From a virus (Duplodnaviria > Heunggongvirae > Uroviricota > Caudoviricetes), in IMG/VR virus record IMGVR_UViG_2690316062_000001, positions 1 to 41,023 of that record: a DNA stretch of 41,023 nucleotides. One strand, 5' to 3'. Positions 10,323 through 20,803 of the stretch are shown in pieces. The position numbers and the translations under genes were made by a program. Position 1 is the stretch's first letter; each line of letters begins with the position of its first letter. Below the pieces are notes generated by a model that was not told the DNA's origin, searched no databases, and saw only the letters and a program-made list of their open reading frames with translations.

Positions 10323-10883
10323 TCAGGAAGGAAGGGTTATTTCGGTGTGATGTTCGATATCGCCGTCAGGCCCGTTACCGGGCTCGAGATAATCAACATC
10401 AATCGCCAGCGTTTGCAGTTCACCCAGACTGTTCAGATCATCCTGCTGGCGGGTATCGTCTTCAGTCAGCTCGCTGATGACCGAAAAATCGAACTGATAA
10501 ATCAGCTCATGACGATTCAGATCCAGCAGCGTGCCGCCGTCATAGGTAATCGGGTTACCGCACGCTTCCGGGTTCCAGCCCAGCAGGGCCTTAAAGAGCA
10601 TTTGCCGGACATCGTCCACCACATCATACGAGGAAAACTGACCGCGCTCATCACGCCCGTTACTCAGTATGACAACCACGGAGAAGCCCTCTTTCAGCTC
10701 CTGCCAGTAGTCGGTCTGGCTTTTGTTTTCTCCCGGAGAGTCATCACCCGGTACCACATACGCCGCCGGGAGTCTCAGCTTTCCGACCTCCGGCAGATTT
10801 TTGAACTGTGCCGCGCCTGCCACCCGGTTTTCAAAATACGGGCAGCGGGCACGCAGCGCAGCAATAACAGGCGTCAGTTTCAT
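10323..10883 (-). CDS. Virion structural protein (tail completion / DUF1834-like)
   Basis: 186-aa ORF between head-tail joining genes and sheath gene. Confidence 0.45.
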   Translation of the reverse strand: MKLTPVIAALRARCPYFENRVAGAAQFKNLPEVGKLRLPAAYVVPGDDSPGENKSQTDYWQELKEGFSVVVILSNGRDERGQFSSYDVVDDVRQMLFKALLGWNPEACGNPITYDGGTLLDLNRHELIYQFDFSVISELTEDDTRQQDDLNSLGELQTLAIDVDYLEPGNGPDGDIEHHTEITLPS

Positions 10884-11386
10884 CTGTGTCGTCGCTCCGG
10901 CTTCAGTGATTTACGCAATTCCCGCGCCAGAAAATAGCGTGTCCAGCTGCGGTTCTTTTCAAGCGTTTCCACCATGAAGTTATTACGTGGAGCCAGTCGC
11001 CAGCCGCTGCCACCGGATGCACCACGATGATGACTACGACGACGTTTTGCTCCTCCCCGGACACCAAAAAACAGAAACGCCGGATAGAAGTCACCAGAGA
11101 TCATCCGGTTCCCCTTCCCGTTGCGCTGGTTAGGGGCAATGCGTGTCATAAAACCGGCTCGCTTTTTACTGGCTCTCGGCACCATATAACCAATCGAACG
11201 AGCCAGGCGTCCGGTCTGATAACCGGGGTTTTCACCCGGTGCCGACCGCGCACGGCGCATCACCAGCCGACGGGCATCACGCATATGACGCTGCCCAATC
11301 GTGACAAACGCCCGCCGGACACGGGCGCGGTTAAAGCGCATCTCGGCGGGCTGCTGAACATCAACGTGAAAAAAGGGAGTCGCCAT
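10880..11386 (-). CDS. HK97 gp10-like tail component
   Basis: 168-aa basic ORF in head-tail joining block. Confidence 0.55.
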   Translation of the reverse strand: MATPFFHVDVQQPAEMRFNRARVRRAFVTIGQRHMRDARRLVMRRARSAPGENPGYQTGRLARSIGYMVPRASKKRAGFMTRIAPNQRNGKGNRMISGDFYPAFLFFGVRGGAKRRRSHHRGASGGSGWRLAPRNNFMVETLEKNRSWTRYFLARELRKSLKPERRHR

Positions 11387-11771
11387 TGCTGCCTCCGTGA
11401 CTCTGCCTACATTCGCCCAGCTCCGTACACTCCAGCAGCAGAAAGCGCCGCGCCCCGTTCAGATCACGCTGACGTTTCACCCGGTACACACTGTCATCAC
11501 AGACCACCTCATAATCAGCAGTGATCCCCCGGCGGTAACGAATGGTGATGTAATGGGTGATGGCGTCCCCGGTCTGCGCGGTTTCCTGCCAGGTGGTGGC
11601 ACTGGTCTGGATAACCTTCGCCCATGTCCGGAACGTAACCGGGTATTGAGACTCCACGCCAAAGTTATCCGCGGGCATATCCACCCGCTGGCGGATCAGG
11701 ACGCGTTTATTCAGTTCACCGGGGTCCGGCAGAATGTAGGTTGCGCTGGTCTGCGCCTGACGAATTTTCAT
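11361..11771 (-). CDS. Head closure / head-tail adaptor protein
   Basis: 136-aa ORF following gp6-like connector gene. Confidence 0.55.
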   Translation of the reverse strand: MKIRQAQTSATYILPDPGELNKRVLIRQRVDMPADNFGVESQYPVTFRTWAKVIQTSATTWQETAQTGDAITHYITIRYRRGITADYEVVCDDSVYRVKRQRDLNGARRFLLLECTELGECRQSHGGSNGDSLFSR

Positions 11772-12091
11772 TGCGGAAAGTACCTGTACGGGCCGACAAG
11801 CCAGCCAAAACTCTGCGGCATGTCGAGTTTCTCCACTTCCGTAACCGACGAGCGGTTTTCGTAAAAATGGCTGATAAGCATCAGCATCCCCAGACGAATA
11901 TCATCCGGCAGGTGCAGCCCGTCCGGATCGCTGTCCGGAATGGTTTCATCCGGTGCATAGAGCTTCCGGTTCAGATACGTTTCCGTCCGCTTTTGTGCCG
12001 CACAGGCCAGCAGTTGCAGATGGCGGTCATCAGCATCGAAATCCTCATCCAGCCGGAGTTGGGCTTTAATCTCTTCCATTGTCAGAAGCAT
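11768..12091 (-). CDS. gp6-like head-tail connector protein
   Basis: 107-aa acidic ORF MLLTMEEIKAQLRLDEDFDADD..., typical of the HK97 gp6 family. Confidence 0.6.
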   Translation of the reverse strand: MLLTMEEIKAQLRLDEDFDADDRHLQLLACAAQKRTETYLNRKLYAPDETIPDSDPDGLHLPDDIRLGMLMLISHFYENRSSVTEVEKLDMPQSFGWLVGPYRYFPQ

Positions 12092-12093
12092 AC

Positions 12094-12294
12094 TCAGCCC
12101 TCTTTACTGGTCGTGGCTTTTTTCTCTTTTGTCGCTTTACTGCTTTTTGCACTGGTTCCGCGCTCTGCTAACCCGGCCTGAAGTGCAATCTCCTGCACCC
12201 GGGCAGGAAGCGCCCCGTCGTCATACTCACCGGCCCGAATGACCTCAACACGCATACCGTCCGGTGACCATTTCAGATCTTGTTTCAGGATCAT
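12094..12294 (-). CDS. Small hypothetical head-associated protein
   Basis: 66-aa ORF between capsid and connector genes with Lys-rich C-terminus. Confidence 0.4.
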   Translation of the reverse strand: MILKQDLKWSPDGMRVEVIRAGEYDDGALPARVQEIALQAGLAERGTSAKSSKATKEKKATTSKEG

Positions 12295-12315
12295 GATTCT
12301 TCACCCGTCAGAACA

Positions 12316-12336
12316 GGGGGCGCGGTTCCGCGCCCC
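12316..12336 (-). other. GC-rich hairpin between capsid gene and downstream genes
   Basis: GGGGGCGCGG-tt-CCGCGCCCC inverted repeat just 3' of the major capsid gene; no T-tract. Confidence 0.3.
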
Positions 12337-12343
12337 TGAGTGA

Positions 12344-13549
12344 TTACGCCGCTGCAATCTTCAGCAGTTTGATGGCCTGCGAATCGACCAGCATCCCGCC
12401 GGTGCGCTTGGTGGTATAAAAACCGACAAACGGTTTATTGGTGTACGGGTCACGCAGAATGCGGGTGCCGATACGGTCAACGATGGTGTAACCCCGTTTG
12501 AAGTTACCAAATGCAATGGCTTTCGCATCAGCGGCGATATCCGGCATCTGTTCGTTTTCAGCGATACCGTAACCCGCCAGAGAGGACGGCTGCCCCAGTT
12601 CCAGCCCAGGACGCCACAGATAGTTACCCTCGGTGTCTTTCAGCAGACGGATGGCAAACAGGCTGTTGTTGTTCATCATGAACTTCGCGCCAGTGCGGTG
12701 TGCCTTTCGCAGCGTGTAAATCAGTTTGATAATGGCGTCTGCGGTCACCGCAGTCGCGTCGCCGGATACAATATGCTGAAGTTTGCCGAACGCCCGGACC
12801 TTATCGGTTTCATCAGTGGACTCATACGCCAGGAACCCTTTCGGCTTCTTGGTGCCATCGCCGGAGGTAAAGGCAATTTCTTCCTGTTCGGCAAATTCGG
12901 TTGCCAGCTCGCTGTTGATCCAGGCCTCCACGTTGAAGAAGGCATCGTCCAGCATTTTCTGGGTAGCCTGCGGGTTGCCGTAGATTTCCCCCATGAGAGG
13001 TTCAATCAGCTCCAGTCTGGAGGTGGCAGTCTGGGATCGCGTATCCGTTTCCCCCACCCATCCGGAAGCCGTACCGCCCAGATTCACCAGTTTTTTGTAG
13101 TCGGAACCGCCAACGGTGATCACCGTGGCTTCCTGACGCATCGCCACTTCATCTTTCAGCAGGTTAAGAATGTTGCGATCCAGTTCTTCCGGCACGGCGT
13201 AGCCACCGTCTTCATCGGTGCCCACCTGCAATGCCTTACGCTCCAGATCGCGCAGACCGTCTTCACGGCCTTTACGCAGGAAGCCCACAAACGCCTCTTT
13301 ATGCTCGGTGGCCAGTTTATTTTGCGCTCCACCTGCCGGACGTTTCAGCTCAAGCAGCTCTTTTTCAAGGTCGCTTTTGAGATTTTCCAGCTCGCTGAGT
13401 TTTCCGTTCAGGGTTTCCACCTGCCCGGCAAGTTTGCCTTTTTCCTGCTCAATCGCCTCAACGCGCTTGTCGTTCTTTGCTTTGAAGTCGTCAAACTTCT
13501 GCTGCAGCTCCTGCGCGACCTGTTCGACATCTTTAATATCAACCGCCAT
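12344..13549 (-). CDS. Major capsid protein, HK97 family
   Basis: 401-aa ORF with coiled N-terminal delta-domain-like region, downstream of prohead protease. Confidence 0.9.
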   Translation of the reverse strand: MAVDIKDVEQVAQELQQKFDDFKAKNDKRVEAIEQEKGKLAGQVETLNGKLSELENLKSDLEKELLELKRPAGGAQNKLATEHKEAFVGFLRKGREDGLRDLERKALQVGTDEDGGYAVPEELDRNILNLLKDEVAMRQEATVITVGGSDYKKLVNLGGTASGWVGETDTRSQTATSRLELIEPLMGEIYGNPQATQKMLDDAFFNVEAWINSELATEFAEQEEIAFTSGDGTKKPKGFLAYESTDETDKVRAFGKLQHIVSGDATAVTADAIIKLIYTLRKAHRTGAKFMMNNNSLFAIRLLKDTEGNYLWRPGLELGQPSSLAGYGIAENEQMPDIAADAKAIAFGNFKRGYTIVDRIGTRILRDPYTNKPFVGFYTTKRTGGMLVDSQAIKLLKIAAA

Positions 13550-13563
13550 CGTATTTCTCCTGA

Positions 13564-14250
13564 TTAGAAGTTCAGATTTTTCAGTGCATTCAGTGCAGAG
13601 CCCACATCCTCAGCGTCGCGCAGGGACAGTGCGCCATAGCCCCCGGCCATGAATGCTTTGGCCTGGGTACGGGAGAGTCCGACATCACGCAGGACTCTTT
13701 CGATTTTTTTCTGTTCGGGGATTTCCCCGCGGGCCAGTGCGTTCTTGACGTCGCTGATCCGCGCCTCGTCGTTAGACGGGAACGTCACCAGGCTGACTTC
13801 CCAGAGGTCGATTTCTTTCAGCAGAAAGGCTTCTTTGCTCCGGTCGTATTCCCAGTCTTTCAGGACGTACCCAATAGAAAGGCCGGTTAACGAACCGGCC
13901 TTCATGTGTGCATGTGCGCGTTTTGCGAGGGGATCATCATCAATAAGCAACCGTCCCCTGACGTAAAGCCCGACATTGTCTTCCTTCATTTCGGTGTAAA
14001 CACCGATGGGTTCATCCATGCGGTGCTGCCAGAGCAGCGCAGGTAACGCTTTTCTGTCACTCCACGCCCGCAGGGAAGCGGCAAATGCCCCTGACATCAC
14101 CACATCATCGTGGCTGTCCTTTACACCAAAGACGGAGCCATACCCTTCAAACTCACCGGAGTCACTGACAGATTTCAGACTCAGCGGTACATCAAGACGT
14201 TGTTTCGTCTGCATTGGCGTTATCCTTCTGCTTACCGGCTTTACTGCCAT
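13564..14250 (-). CDS. Prohead protease, HK97 family (S78)
   Basis: 228-aa ORF between portal and capsid genes; sequence signature recalled as HK97-type protease. Confidence 0.85.
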   Translation of the reverse strand: MAVKPVSRRITPMQTKQRLDVPLSLKSVSDSGEFEGYGSVFGVKDSHDDVVMSGAFAASLRAWSDRKALPALLWQHRMDEPIGVYTEMKEDNVGLYVRGRLLIDDDPLAKRAHAHMKAGSLTGLSIGYVLKDWEYDRSKEAFLLKEIDLWEVSLVTFPSNDEARISDVKNALARGEIPEQKKIERVLRDVGLSRTQAKAFMAGGYGALSLRDAEDVGSALNALKNLNF

Positions 14251-15433
14251 CGGAGGGTTTCGTGGTCATGTTCATCGGTGTGAGATAGACATCACCACCG
14301 GGACGCGGATTCATATCTTCCAGGTCGCGGCAGTCATTGGGAGAGTAAATTCCCCAATTGATCCCGGTAGCGTAGGCTTCAAAACGGGACTTCATATCCC
14401 CGCGCAGTAAGGCCCCGGCGTTAAATTTGGCGTAATAAACGCCCTGCTTACTTTTTCGTACCAGTCCGGTGTTGATCCGCTGCTCAATGCGGGTCAGATA
14501 CGGCACCAGTGAATAGTTGATAAATCCCAGCCCCAGCTCTTCGATATTGTTGAAGGTGGCGCGATCGGTGTTCTGCACCATGTGCAACGGCACCCGGAAC
14601 AGACGACGGATTTCTTCAAGCTGAAACTTGCGGGTTTCCAGGAACTGGCTGTCCTCGGCGTTCAGCGCCATCGACTTCCAGTCCAGCCCCATCTCAAGGA
14701 TCATCGGGCGGTGAGCATTGCCAAGCCCGGTGTGACGCTCCTCAAAATCTTTCTTCAGGCGCTCATAAGCCTGATCTGACAGCGTCTGCTCTGTACGCAA
14801 CACACCCGACGTCACCGCGCCATTGCTGAACAGTCTGGCCCCGTGCTCTTCGGTCGCAGCTGCCAGCGATATTGCCTCGCGGGCATAGGCGATGGGATTC
14901 AGCCCCACCAGACCGTCCAGCGTCAGCGTGCGCACATGCCAGATATCTTCCTGGCTCAGTACATCCGTAGAGCCGTCCGGGAATGTGACCTGATAGACCG
15001 GCTCCCAGCTACTGTTAAGCTTCGGTACCACACAGCCGGGATCGACGGGCAGCAGTTCAGCCACTTCGCCAAATGCTTTCACTTTGTAGGCGTAAAAGTT
15101 TCCCCGCAGGCACAGACAGGTGACCACCAGCTCCCAGAACTCCTGCGGCGTCATATAGCCATTGGGATGCGTGGAGATCAGCTTATGCAGACGCTCGCCG
15201 GTGGCTCTCTGTTTCAGGCTGCCGTTCAGGTGATACAGATTGCAGGGCAACATCCCGACCGACTCTGCCAGCACCCTGACGCAGGAAAAAACCGCCGTCA
15301 GTCGCATGGCCCGCTGGCTGCTGATCTGCTTTCCGGTATAGGTGTCGTAGGACAACCCGATAGCATCCGCCAGCTCTGCTGGCGTGGTCACCGGTGCGTC
15401 ACTTTTTCGTTGAAATAATCCCGAAAAGAACAC
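14192..15433 (-). CDS. Portal protein, HK97 family
   Basis: 413-aa ORF directly after terminase large subunit. Confidence 0.9.
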   Translation of the reverse strand: MFFSGLFQRKSDAPVTTPAELADAIGLSYDTYTGKQISSQRAMRLTAVFSCVRVLAESVGMLPCNLYHLNGSLKQRATGERLHKLISTHPNGYMTPQEFWELVVTCLCLRGNFYAYKVKAFGEVAELLPVDPGCVVPKLNSSWEPVYQVTFPDGSTDVLSQEDIWHVRTLTLDGLVGLNPIAYAREAISLAAATEEHGARLFSNGAVTSGVLRTEQTLSDQAYERLKKDFEERHTGLGNAHRPMILEMGLDWKSMALNAEDSQFLETRKFQLEEIRRLFRVPLHMVQNTDRATFNNIEELGLGFINYSLVPYLTRIEQRINTGLVRKSKQGVYYAKFNAGALLRGDMKSRFEAYATGINWGIYSPNDCRDLEDMNPRPGGDVYLTPMNMTTKPSDGSKAGKQKDNANADETTS

Positions 15434-15615
15434 TATTTACCTCCGCCGACAGACGACTGTGTACGGTCGAGATATCGCGCCACCAGCCACGACCAGAACA
15501 GGCACAACGCCCCGGCAACAACAAACCCCGCCGGGGGATAAATCAGCCAGGCACCATACGCCAGCAAAAGCGCCCCCAGCACGCCCACCAGAGGCGCGAG
15601 AATCAGCATGATCAT
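15433..15615 (-). CDS. Small hydrophobic protein (uncertain)
   Basis: 60-aa ORF with two predicted TM segments, wedged between terminase and portal genes. Confidence 0.3.
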
Positions 15616-15626
15616 AATTACCTCAG

Positions 15627-17360
15627 TTAAAGCGAGCGGATCCCGTAGGACTCAATGTGGTCAGACAGCGTGTCTTCTTTCTCGTACAGCATGGCTCTGC
15701 CAACCGCCATAATCAGCGCAACTGCACCGTCAATTTTGTTTTCCGCCTGCTCTTTGACGGGTTTCACCACATCATCGTTACCCGGAATGGTTTTGCCGAC
15801 CACATTGCCGATACACCAGGTCATGATGGGATTGCCATCATGATGAAAGCGCCCCGATTCAATTGCCGCTTCCAGCTCTTTCATCGGGTCGGACATGTTG
15901 GTGTAGTTCTGAATGATAGTGACGGGATTCAGGTCTTCATCAGCAAGGTCATGTGACAACCCGGTCGCCCCGAAGGGGTCGATGGGTGACTCACTGACCG
16001 GGCTGATTTTGTTCGCCGCTTTGGCCTCCTCGAGGATGTAGCGATAATCCACCTCCGCACCATCGGTAACGGTCAGAACGCCCATTTCCACCCATTTCTG
16101 AAAGCGTTCGGCTGTCCGGCGATCTTCATTTTTCTCGACGCTGTACACCGTGTCATACGGTACCCAGAAGCGCGGAGCCACACTGTAGTAATGCGTTTTA
16201 CCGTCAATCTCGCGGGTATAAAGTCGCGCCATGCTGTTCATATCCAGCTTACGCGCCAGGTCAAAGGCCAGAATGCACGGTTGCCCCTCGAACTGTTCAA
16301 GGGTCAGTGATTTATCCTCGCAGCTCTGCCAGCTCACCAGGTTGAAATACGCCGAACGCGCCGACACCCAGATATTGAGGTGTTTTGTTTTAAAGACGTT
16401 TGCCAGACGGGCGTTATTTTTCGCACGCTGCTGCTGACTTAACAAAAATTCGCGATAAACCGACACGCCAATATTCGGGTTAGCTTTTTCCAGCACCTGC
16501 GGGTCGGTCCAGTCATCGCCTTCGTCAACGGTATAGATGATCCCGAACAGTTCATCGTTGGGTACCGAACCGTTGAGCATCTCGATAACTTCCCGCCGCT
16601 TGTCGTAGCACGGCCCCTCAATGTTGTACCCGGCGGTGGTGATGGCCCACATCAGTGGCTGACGTCGCGCGCCCATCCCGGTAAGCATCGTGGTATAAAG
16701 CGCATCGGTGGCGTGCTCGTGATATTCATCCACCACGGCACAGTGGGGTGATGAACCATCACCGGGGTTACCGATCAGCGGTTCAAACCGCGCGCCATCC
16801 TCCGGACGGTTCATGTTTGAGGCGTTAACCTCAATCCCGAACGCTTCCGTCAGCATGGGTGTGCGTTTACACATCAGTCGCGCCGGGCGAAAGACTTCCC
16901 ACGCCTGTTTCTCTGTCGTGGCACCGGAATACACTTCCGCGCCAAACTCGTTATCACAGGCAAAACAATACAGGGCAACACCGGCAGAGATTGCCGATTT
17001 GCCGTTCTTACGGGGGATTTCGGTATACACCTCCCTGAAGCGGCGCAGCCGGGAGCCTTTATTGACCCAGCCAAACGCACAGCAGATCACAAAGAGCTGC
17101 CACGGTTCCAGCGTGATGGGCATCCTCTTGAATGCCCACTCCCCCTTGGTGTGTGGCAACAGCTGAATAAATTTCGCGGCCCGTTCAGCCAGGTCCTTGT
17201 CGAAGCGGTAACGAAACGACTTACTTTTTTCCGCCATCAGGTCATCAAGATGGCGCTGGCAGGCCTGAATCACAAACTGGCAGGCCACAATCTTTCCGCG
17301 CACGACATCACGGGCATACTGATTGGCAGCATTTACGTTGGGGTAAGATTTCCGGCTCAT
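15627..17360 (-). CDS. Terminase large subunit
   Basis: 577-aa ORF, ATGA overlap with the small subunit gene. Confidence 0.9.
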
Positions 17361-17860
17361 GATTCGATGATTTTCAGAAACTGGTTAGTGGCTTTCTTCT
17401 GCCCCGCCAGGCCAATCAGACGCTGGCGGCTGCTGGGGTCGAGTCCGAGCATTGCCCCCGTGCTGCTCATCTCGGACTCCTGTTCTTTCTTGGCGGTCAG
17501 CTCCGGATTTTTGACCATGCCACCCATTGCACCGGTGATGGTGTTGCCCTGTCTGGCAATATTTTTCACGGCACGCCGCCAGAACTCGTAGGCCACGCAC
17601 CACCGCTCAAGCACCGCGAGGTCAGTCACGCACAGCAGGCCCTGACCGCAGAGTTCTTTGGTTGTCAGTTGCCACATGATCGTGGCGAGAGGGAGATCTT
17701 CTTCAGCGAACCACTCCGGTGGCTCAACACCTTTGATGGGCGTAAAAACAGGTTCATCTTTATTCAGGGCTCGCTTGCCGGGGTTTCCGGCCAGCGCCTT
17801 GCGCGCCGTTGGCTTGGGGCGACGCCCGGAACGCCCCGCCGTTCCAGCCATATGCGGCAC
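17357..17860 (-). CDS. Terminase small subunit (P27 family)
   Basis: 167-aa ORF with basic N-terminus immediately upstream of large terminase. Confidence 0.8.
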   Translation of the reverse strand: MPHMAGTAGRSGRRPKPTARKALAGNPGKRALNKDEPVFTPIKGVEPPEWFAEEDLPLATIMWQLTTKELCGQGLLCVTDLAVLERWCVAYEFWRRAVKNIARQGNTITGAMGGMVKNPELTAKKEQESEMSSTGAMLGLDPSSRQRLIGLAGQKKATNQFLKIIES

Positions 17861-17901
17861 TCCTGGTTAAATTTCATTTTTCGCGGGTATAAAAAAACGA
17901 T

Positions 17902-17950
17902 GGGGCGGGCAGTCCGGATGACGTCAGGTCACAGAGATTTGACCCGCCCC
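17902..17950 (-). other. Inverted repeat between HNH and terminase genes (candidate cos-region or terminator structure)
   Basis: GGGGCGGG at 17902-17909 and CCCGCCCC at 17943-17950 with internal TGACGTCA palindrome; on the minus strand followed by a T-run. Confidence 0.3.
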
Positions 17951-17976
17951 TCCCCTCAGACAGTTGAGAGTTATTA

Positions 17977-18327
17977 TCACTTAAGCCGTTCACGGGCCGT
18001 CTTCGCCTTATGACACGGCCAGCACAGACTCTGCAGATTACTGTCGGCATCAGTGCCGCCATGTGCTTTAGGGATGATGTGATCAACGGTTTTCGCTTCA
18101 CGCGCCACACCAGCACGCAGACATAACTGACACAGGCCTTTGTCACGTTGCAGCACACGCACACGGATAACATCCCACTTAGAACCATAACCGCGCTGAT
18201 GACGGGATTGTCCTGACTTGTATTGCTTCCAGCCTTCGCTTTTGTGGCTTTCGCAGTAGCCTGACGGGTCTGTCGTGGTATTACGGCAGCCGCGAACGCG
18301 GCAGGCTTTTGGAGTTCGAGGGGGCAT
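17977..18327 (-). CDS. HNH endonuclease
   Basis: 116-aa Cys/His-rich ORF (CxxC...HIIPKAHGG...CWPCH) in the position typical for HK97-like packaging modules. Confidence 0.85.
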   Translation of the reverse strand: MPPRTPKACRVRGCRNTTTDPSGYCESHKSEGWKQYKSGQSRHQRGYGSKWDVIRVRVLQRDKGLCQLCLRAGVAREAKTVDHIIPKAHGGTDADSNLQSLCWPCHKAKTARERLK

Positions 18328-18353
18328 AAATATATTCCTGTTCTTTGTCCGGA

Positions 18354-18626
18354 CTATTTGACTGCTGCCAGCAAAGCGTTACGGCGCATCTCGATACTTC
18401 TAATCCCCGCTTTGTCAATATTGCATTGTCCCAACGCCGAAAGCAGGCTCACATTCAGATCCAGGCTGGCCCCATAGGTCAGAAGATCGGGAATAACTGG
18501 CTGGGGAGTTTCAGTAGTCAGGCTTGCTGGCAACGGTACCGCCGGAATAGGCACGTAAACTGTTCGCGTACTTCCGCAACCGGTCAGCAGCGGCAGCAGG
18601 CACAGGACGTGAAGCACAATCATCAT
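18354..18626 (-). CDS. Rz1-like outer-membrane spanin (lipoprotein)
   Basis: Alternate frame overlapping the 3' end of the Rz-like gene; MMIVLHVLCLLPLLTGC lipobox, Pro-rich mature region. Confidence 0.5.
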   Translation of the reverse strand: MMIVLHVLCLLPLLTGCGSTRTVYVPIPAVPLPASLTTETPQPVIPDLLTYGASLDLNVSLLSALGQCNIDKAGIRSIEMRRNALLAAVK

Positions 18627-18903
18627 CCGCAACAGCCACTTTGATATCAGCCTGGGTTCTCTGTGACTCCAGTGCGATCTGCTGTTTTGCATGCTGGTTA
18701 GCCTCCAGAACTGTATTGACGAGTTGCAGTGATTGCAGGACGTTACGGGTAATGGCTGTTGCAGATTCAGCATTTTGTACAGCCTCATCAGCACGTTTCT
18801 TTTCGTGCTGATATTTGCTGTAGTAGTGGTTGGCAGACCAGATGAAAGAACCAATGACAGTAAAGAAGAATGCAGCGATAACCAGCTTATAGCTCAACTT
18901 CAT
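18511..18903 (-). CDS. Rz-like inner-membrane spanin
   Basis: 130-aa ORF with N-terminal TM segment and charged coiled region, after the endolysin. Confidence 0.7.
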   Translation of the reverse strand: MKLSYKLVIAAFFFTVIGSFIWSANHYYSKYQHEKKRADEAVQNAESATAITRNVLQSLQLVNTVLEANQHAKQQIALESQRTQADIKVAVADDDCASRPVPAAAADRLRKYANSLRAYSGGTVASKPDY

Positions 18904-19363
18904 TTACCACCCCACCAGCCTCTTTAAACCGGGAAATCAGGTCACTGATTTTATGTTCATACTGACCGTAACCTGCACCAGGTAACGACGCCCAGATATT
19001 GCTGCAACGATCGATAGCCTGACGGATATCACCGCGATCAATCATCGGTAAAGCGCCACGCTCTTTAATCTGCTGCAATGCCACAGCGTCTTGGCTTTTC
19101 GGAGAGAAGTCTTTCAGGCCAAGCTGCTTACGATAGGAATCCCACCAACGGGAAAGAAGCTGGTAGCGCCCGGCTGCTGTTGATTTGAGTTTTGGGTTTA
19201 GCGTGACAAGTTTGCGAGGGTGATCGGAGTAATCAGTAAATAGCTCCCCGCCTACAATGACGTCATAACCATGATTTCTGGTTTTCTGCCGTCCGTTATC
19301 CGTTCCTTCTGACCATGCCACCATATCGAGGAAAGCTTTACGCTGAGGATTAAGATTTTGCAT
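18887..19363 (-). CDS. R: Endolysin, lambda R-type lytic transglycosylase
   Basis: 158-aa ORF; ...NQRKAFLDMVAWSEGTDNGRQKTRNHGYDVIVGGELFTDYSDHPRKLVTLNPKLKSTAAGRYQLLSRWWD... is near-identical to recalled lambda R. Confidence 0.9.
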   Translation of the reverse strand: MQNLNPQRKAFLDMVAWSEGTDNGRQKTRNHGYDVIVGGELFTDYSDHPRKLVTLNPKLKSTAAGRYQLLSRWWDSYRKQLGLKDFSPKSQDAVALQQIKERGALPMIDRGDIRQAIDRCSNIWASLPGAGYGQYEHKISDLISRFKEAGGVVNEVEL

Positions 19364-19667
19364 TTTTCACCCCTGTCAGTCGTTCCCAGAAGTACGTCAG
19401 TGCAACCGAACCCATCGCACCACTAATCCCCGCTGTCGCGAGAATCATGTAAATACTGAATCCACTTTCGATGCTGATCAGGCCACCAATAACACCGGTG
19501 AATCCTGATACCACTATCTGAGCCAGAGCATTTATCCAACTCCACGTTGCTTTACTCTGCTTCACATCTATCAGGTAGCGGACCAGACCGCCCCAACCTG
19601 CGATGATCAGCAAAACGAGCCAGAACGCTCCGGCAAGGCTCTCTTTTTCGTGCATATGAATAGCCAA
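19350..19667 (-). CDS. Holin (possible dual-start)
   Basis: 105-aa ORF with three hydrophobic segments, MAIHM dual-Met start, 14-nt overlap with endolysin. Confidence 0.7.
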   Translation of the reverse strand: MAIHMHEKESLAGAFWLVLLIIAGWGGLVRYLIDVKQSKATWSWINALAQIVVSGFTGVIGGLISIESGFSIYMILATAGISGAMGSVALTYFWERLTGVKNAKS

Positions 19668-19976
19668 TGTTTCGCCGCCGACAAAAGGCCGGGACGTTAA
19701 ATGTCAGAAATCAGGCTCACGGGGTAATTTAACGACAAAGCACGGAGTTGATGCTCCCCGCAAGCCTGGAATAAAAAAGCCAGCATGTAGCTGGCAACAG
19801 AGGGTTAAGCAATATCAACTCAACAGCTGAAGACACCCTGGCTGGGGTACGCTGGAAGGATACTCACCGCCCAGAAACAGAAAAGCCCAAGGCTTTAAAC
19901 CTCGAGCTTGAATTTGGAATACTGCCAGTGCGTACAACATTGGCAAAATATCAGATTTATACAAAATATATGCTTT
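19668..19976 (-). promoter_or_regulatory. Late promoter / Q-utilisation region (inferred)
   Basis: About 300-bp non-coding gap between the Q-like gene and the holin, the canonical pR'-qut-tR' location. Confidence 0.35.
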
Positions 19977-20666
19977 TTAATCCAGTTTTGCAATATCTTG
20001 CTGTGAAAATGTGGTCTTTTGTTTTGAACGTGTTTTCGTTAAAAGCAATAAAGCTTGGCTATCAAGCTGTAGAAAAATGTGCTTCATTGCAACCCAGCGT
20101 TCAGTAAATGTCTCAGACCAGTTTTTTGATGTCACTCCCACCAGTGATGCCAGCTCCTGGTATTCATAGGTCTTACGCCCTGCCAGCTCGTTCTTCACAT
20201 CCTGTGCCGCCAGCCAGATCAACTTCTTCAAACGTTCCAGTGTCTTACCTGCAATTTTCCTGGTACCCAACAGAGTCTTAAACTCGCTCCATACCCACTG
20301 CGTTATGGTGACCTGATGTTCCCAGCGAACACTTTCGCTGTAACTCCACAGCAACCACGCTTTCTGATGTTCTTCGAGAGACAGAACCGCGCGGCGCCAT
20401 GAAGATGTTGAGAACTCAACCTGGCTGACCAGTGCAATGGATGAACCTTTTGCGTACGACTGCTTACCGGAAATCGGCGGATTATCCAGCGTAATCATCT
20501 TGCCCGTTACCTCATCCAGAATGCGCGGCTTCTTTCGTTTATATTTACCAGTATCAAATTGTGCATGCTCCAGCCAGGCTTCAAGCTGGCCTTTCGTTGC
20601 TCCGCTCAAATCAGCAGTAGCCACAATGAGTTGCTCGCGGACATACTGTAAATATTGGGTATTCAT
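19977..20666 (-). CDS. Antitermination protein Q-like
   Basis: 229-aa ORF immediately after ylcG/rusA and before the late-promoter gap. Confidence 0.7.
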   Translation of the reverse strand: MNTQYLQYVREQLIVATADLSGATKGQLEAWLEHAQFDTGKYKRKKPRILDEVTGKMITLDNPPISGKQSYAKGSSIALVSQVEFSTSSWRRAVLSLEEHQKAWLLWSYSESVRWEHQVTITQWVWSEFKTLLGTRKIAGKTLERLKKLIWLAAQDVKNELAGRKTYEYQELASLVGVTSKNWSETFTERWVAMKHIFLQLDSQALLLLTKTRSKQKTTFSQQDIAKLD

Positions 20667-20803
20667 GCGGCAGCTCCTTTCAGTGTTTTGGCGTAATTCT
20701 TCAGTATCCGGTAATCGGTCAAAACAGAACCGGGAAAACGATATAAGCGCAGGCGCACCCAGCGGCGGCGAAGACGTTCTGCCATATAAGACTCAAACAT
20801 CAT
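20663..20803 (-). CDS. ylcG: Small nin-region protein YlcG-like
   Basis: 46-codon [49 protein letters not shown] with overlaps to rusA (stop) and Q (start); below the 60-aa ORF-track cutoff. Confidence 0.6.
   Translation of the reverse strand: MMFESYMAERLRRRWVRLRLYRFPGSVLTDYRILKNYAKTLKGAAA

Noticed and set aside
19668-19976. Possible small RNA or tRNA gene in the Q-to-holin gap
   Set aside because: No cloverleaf-compatible sequence seen; the gap is better explained as the late promoter and antitermination region, annotated at low confidence.
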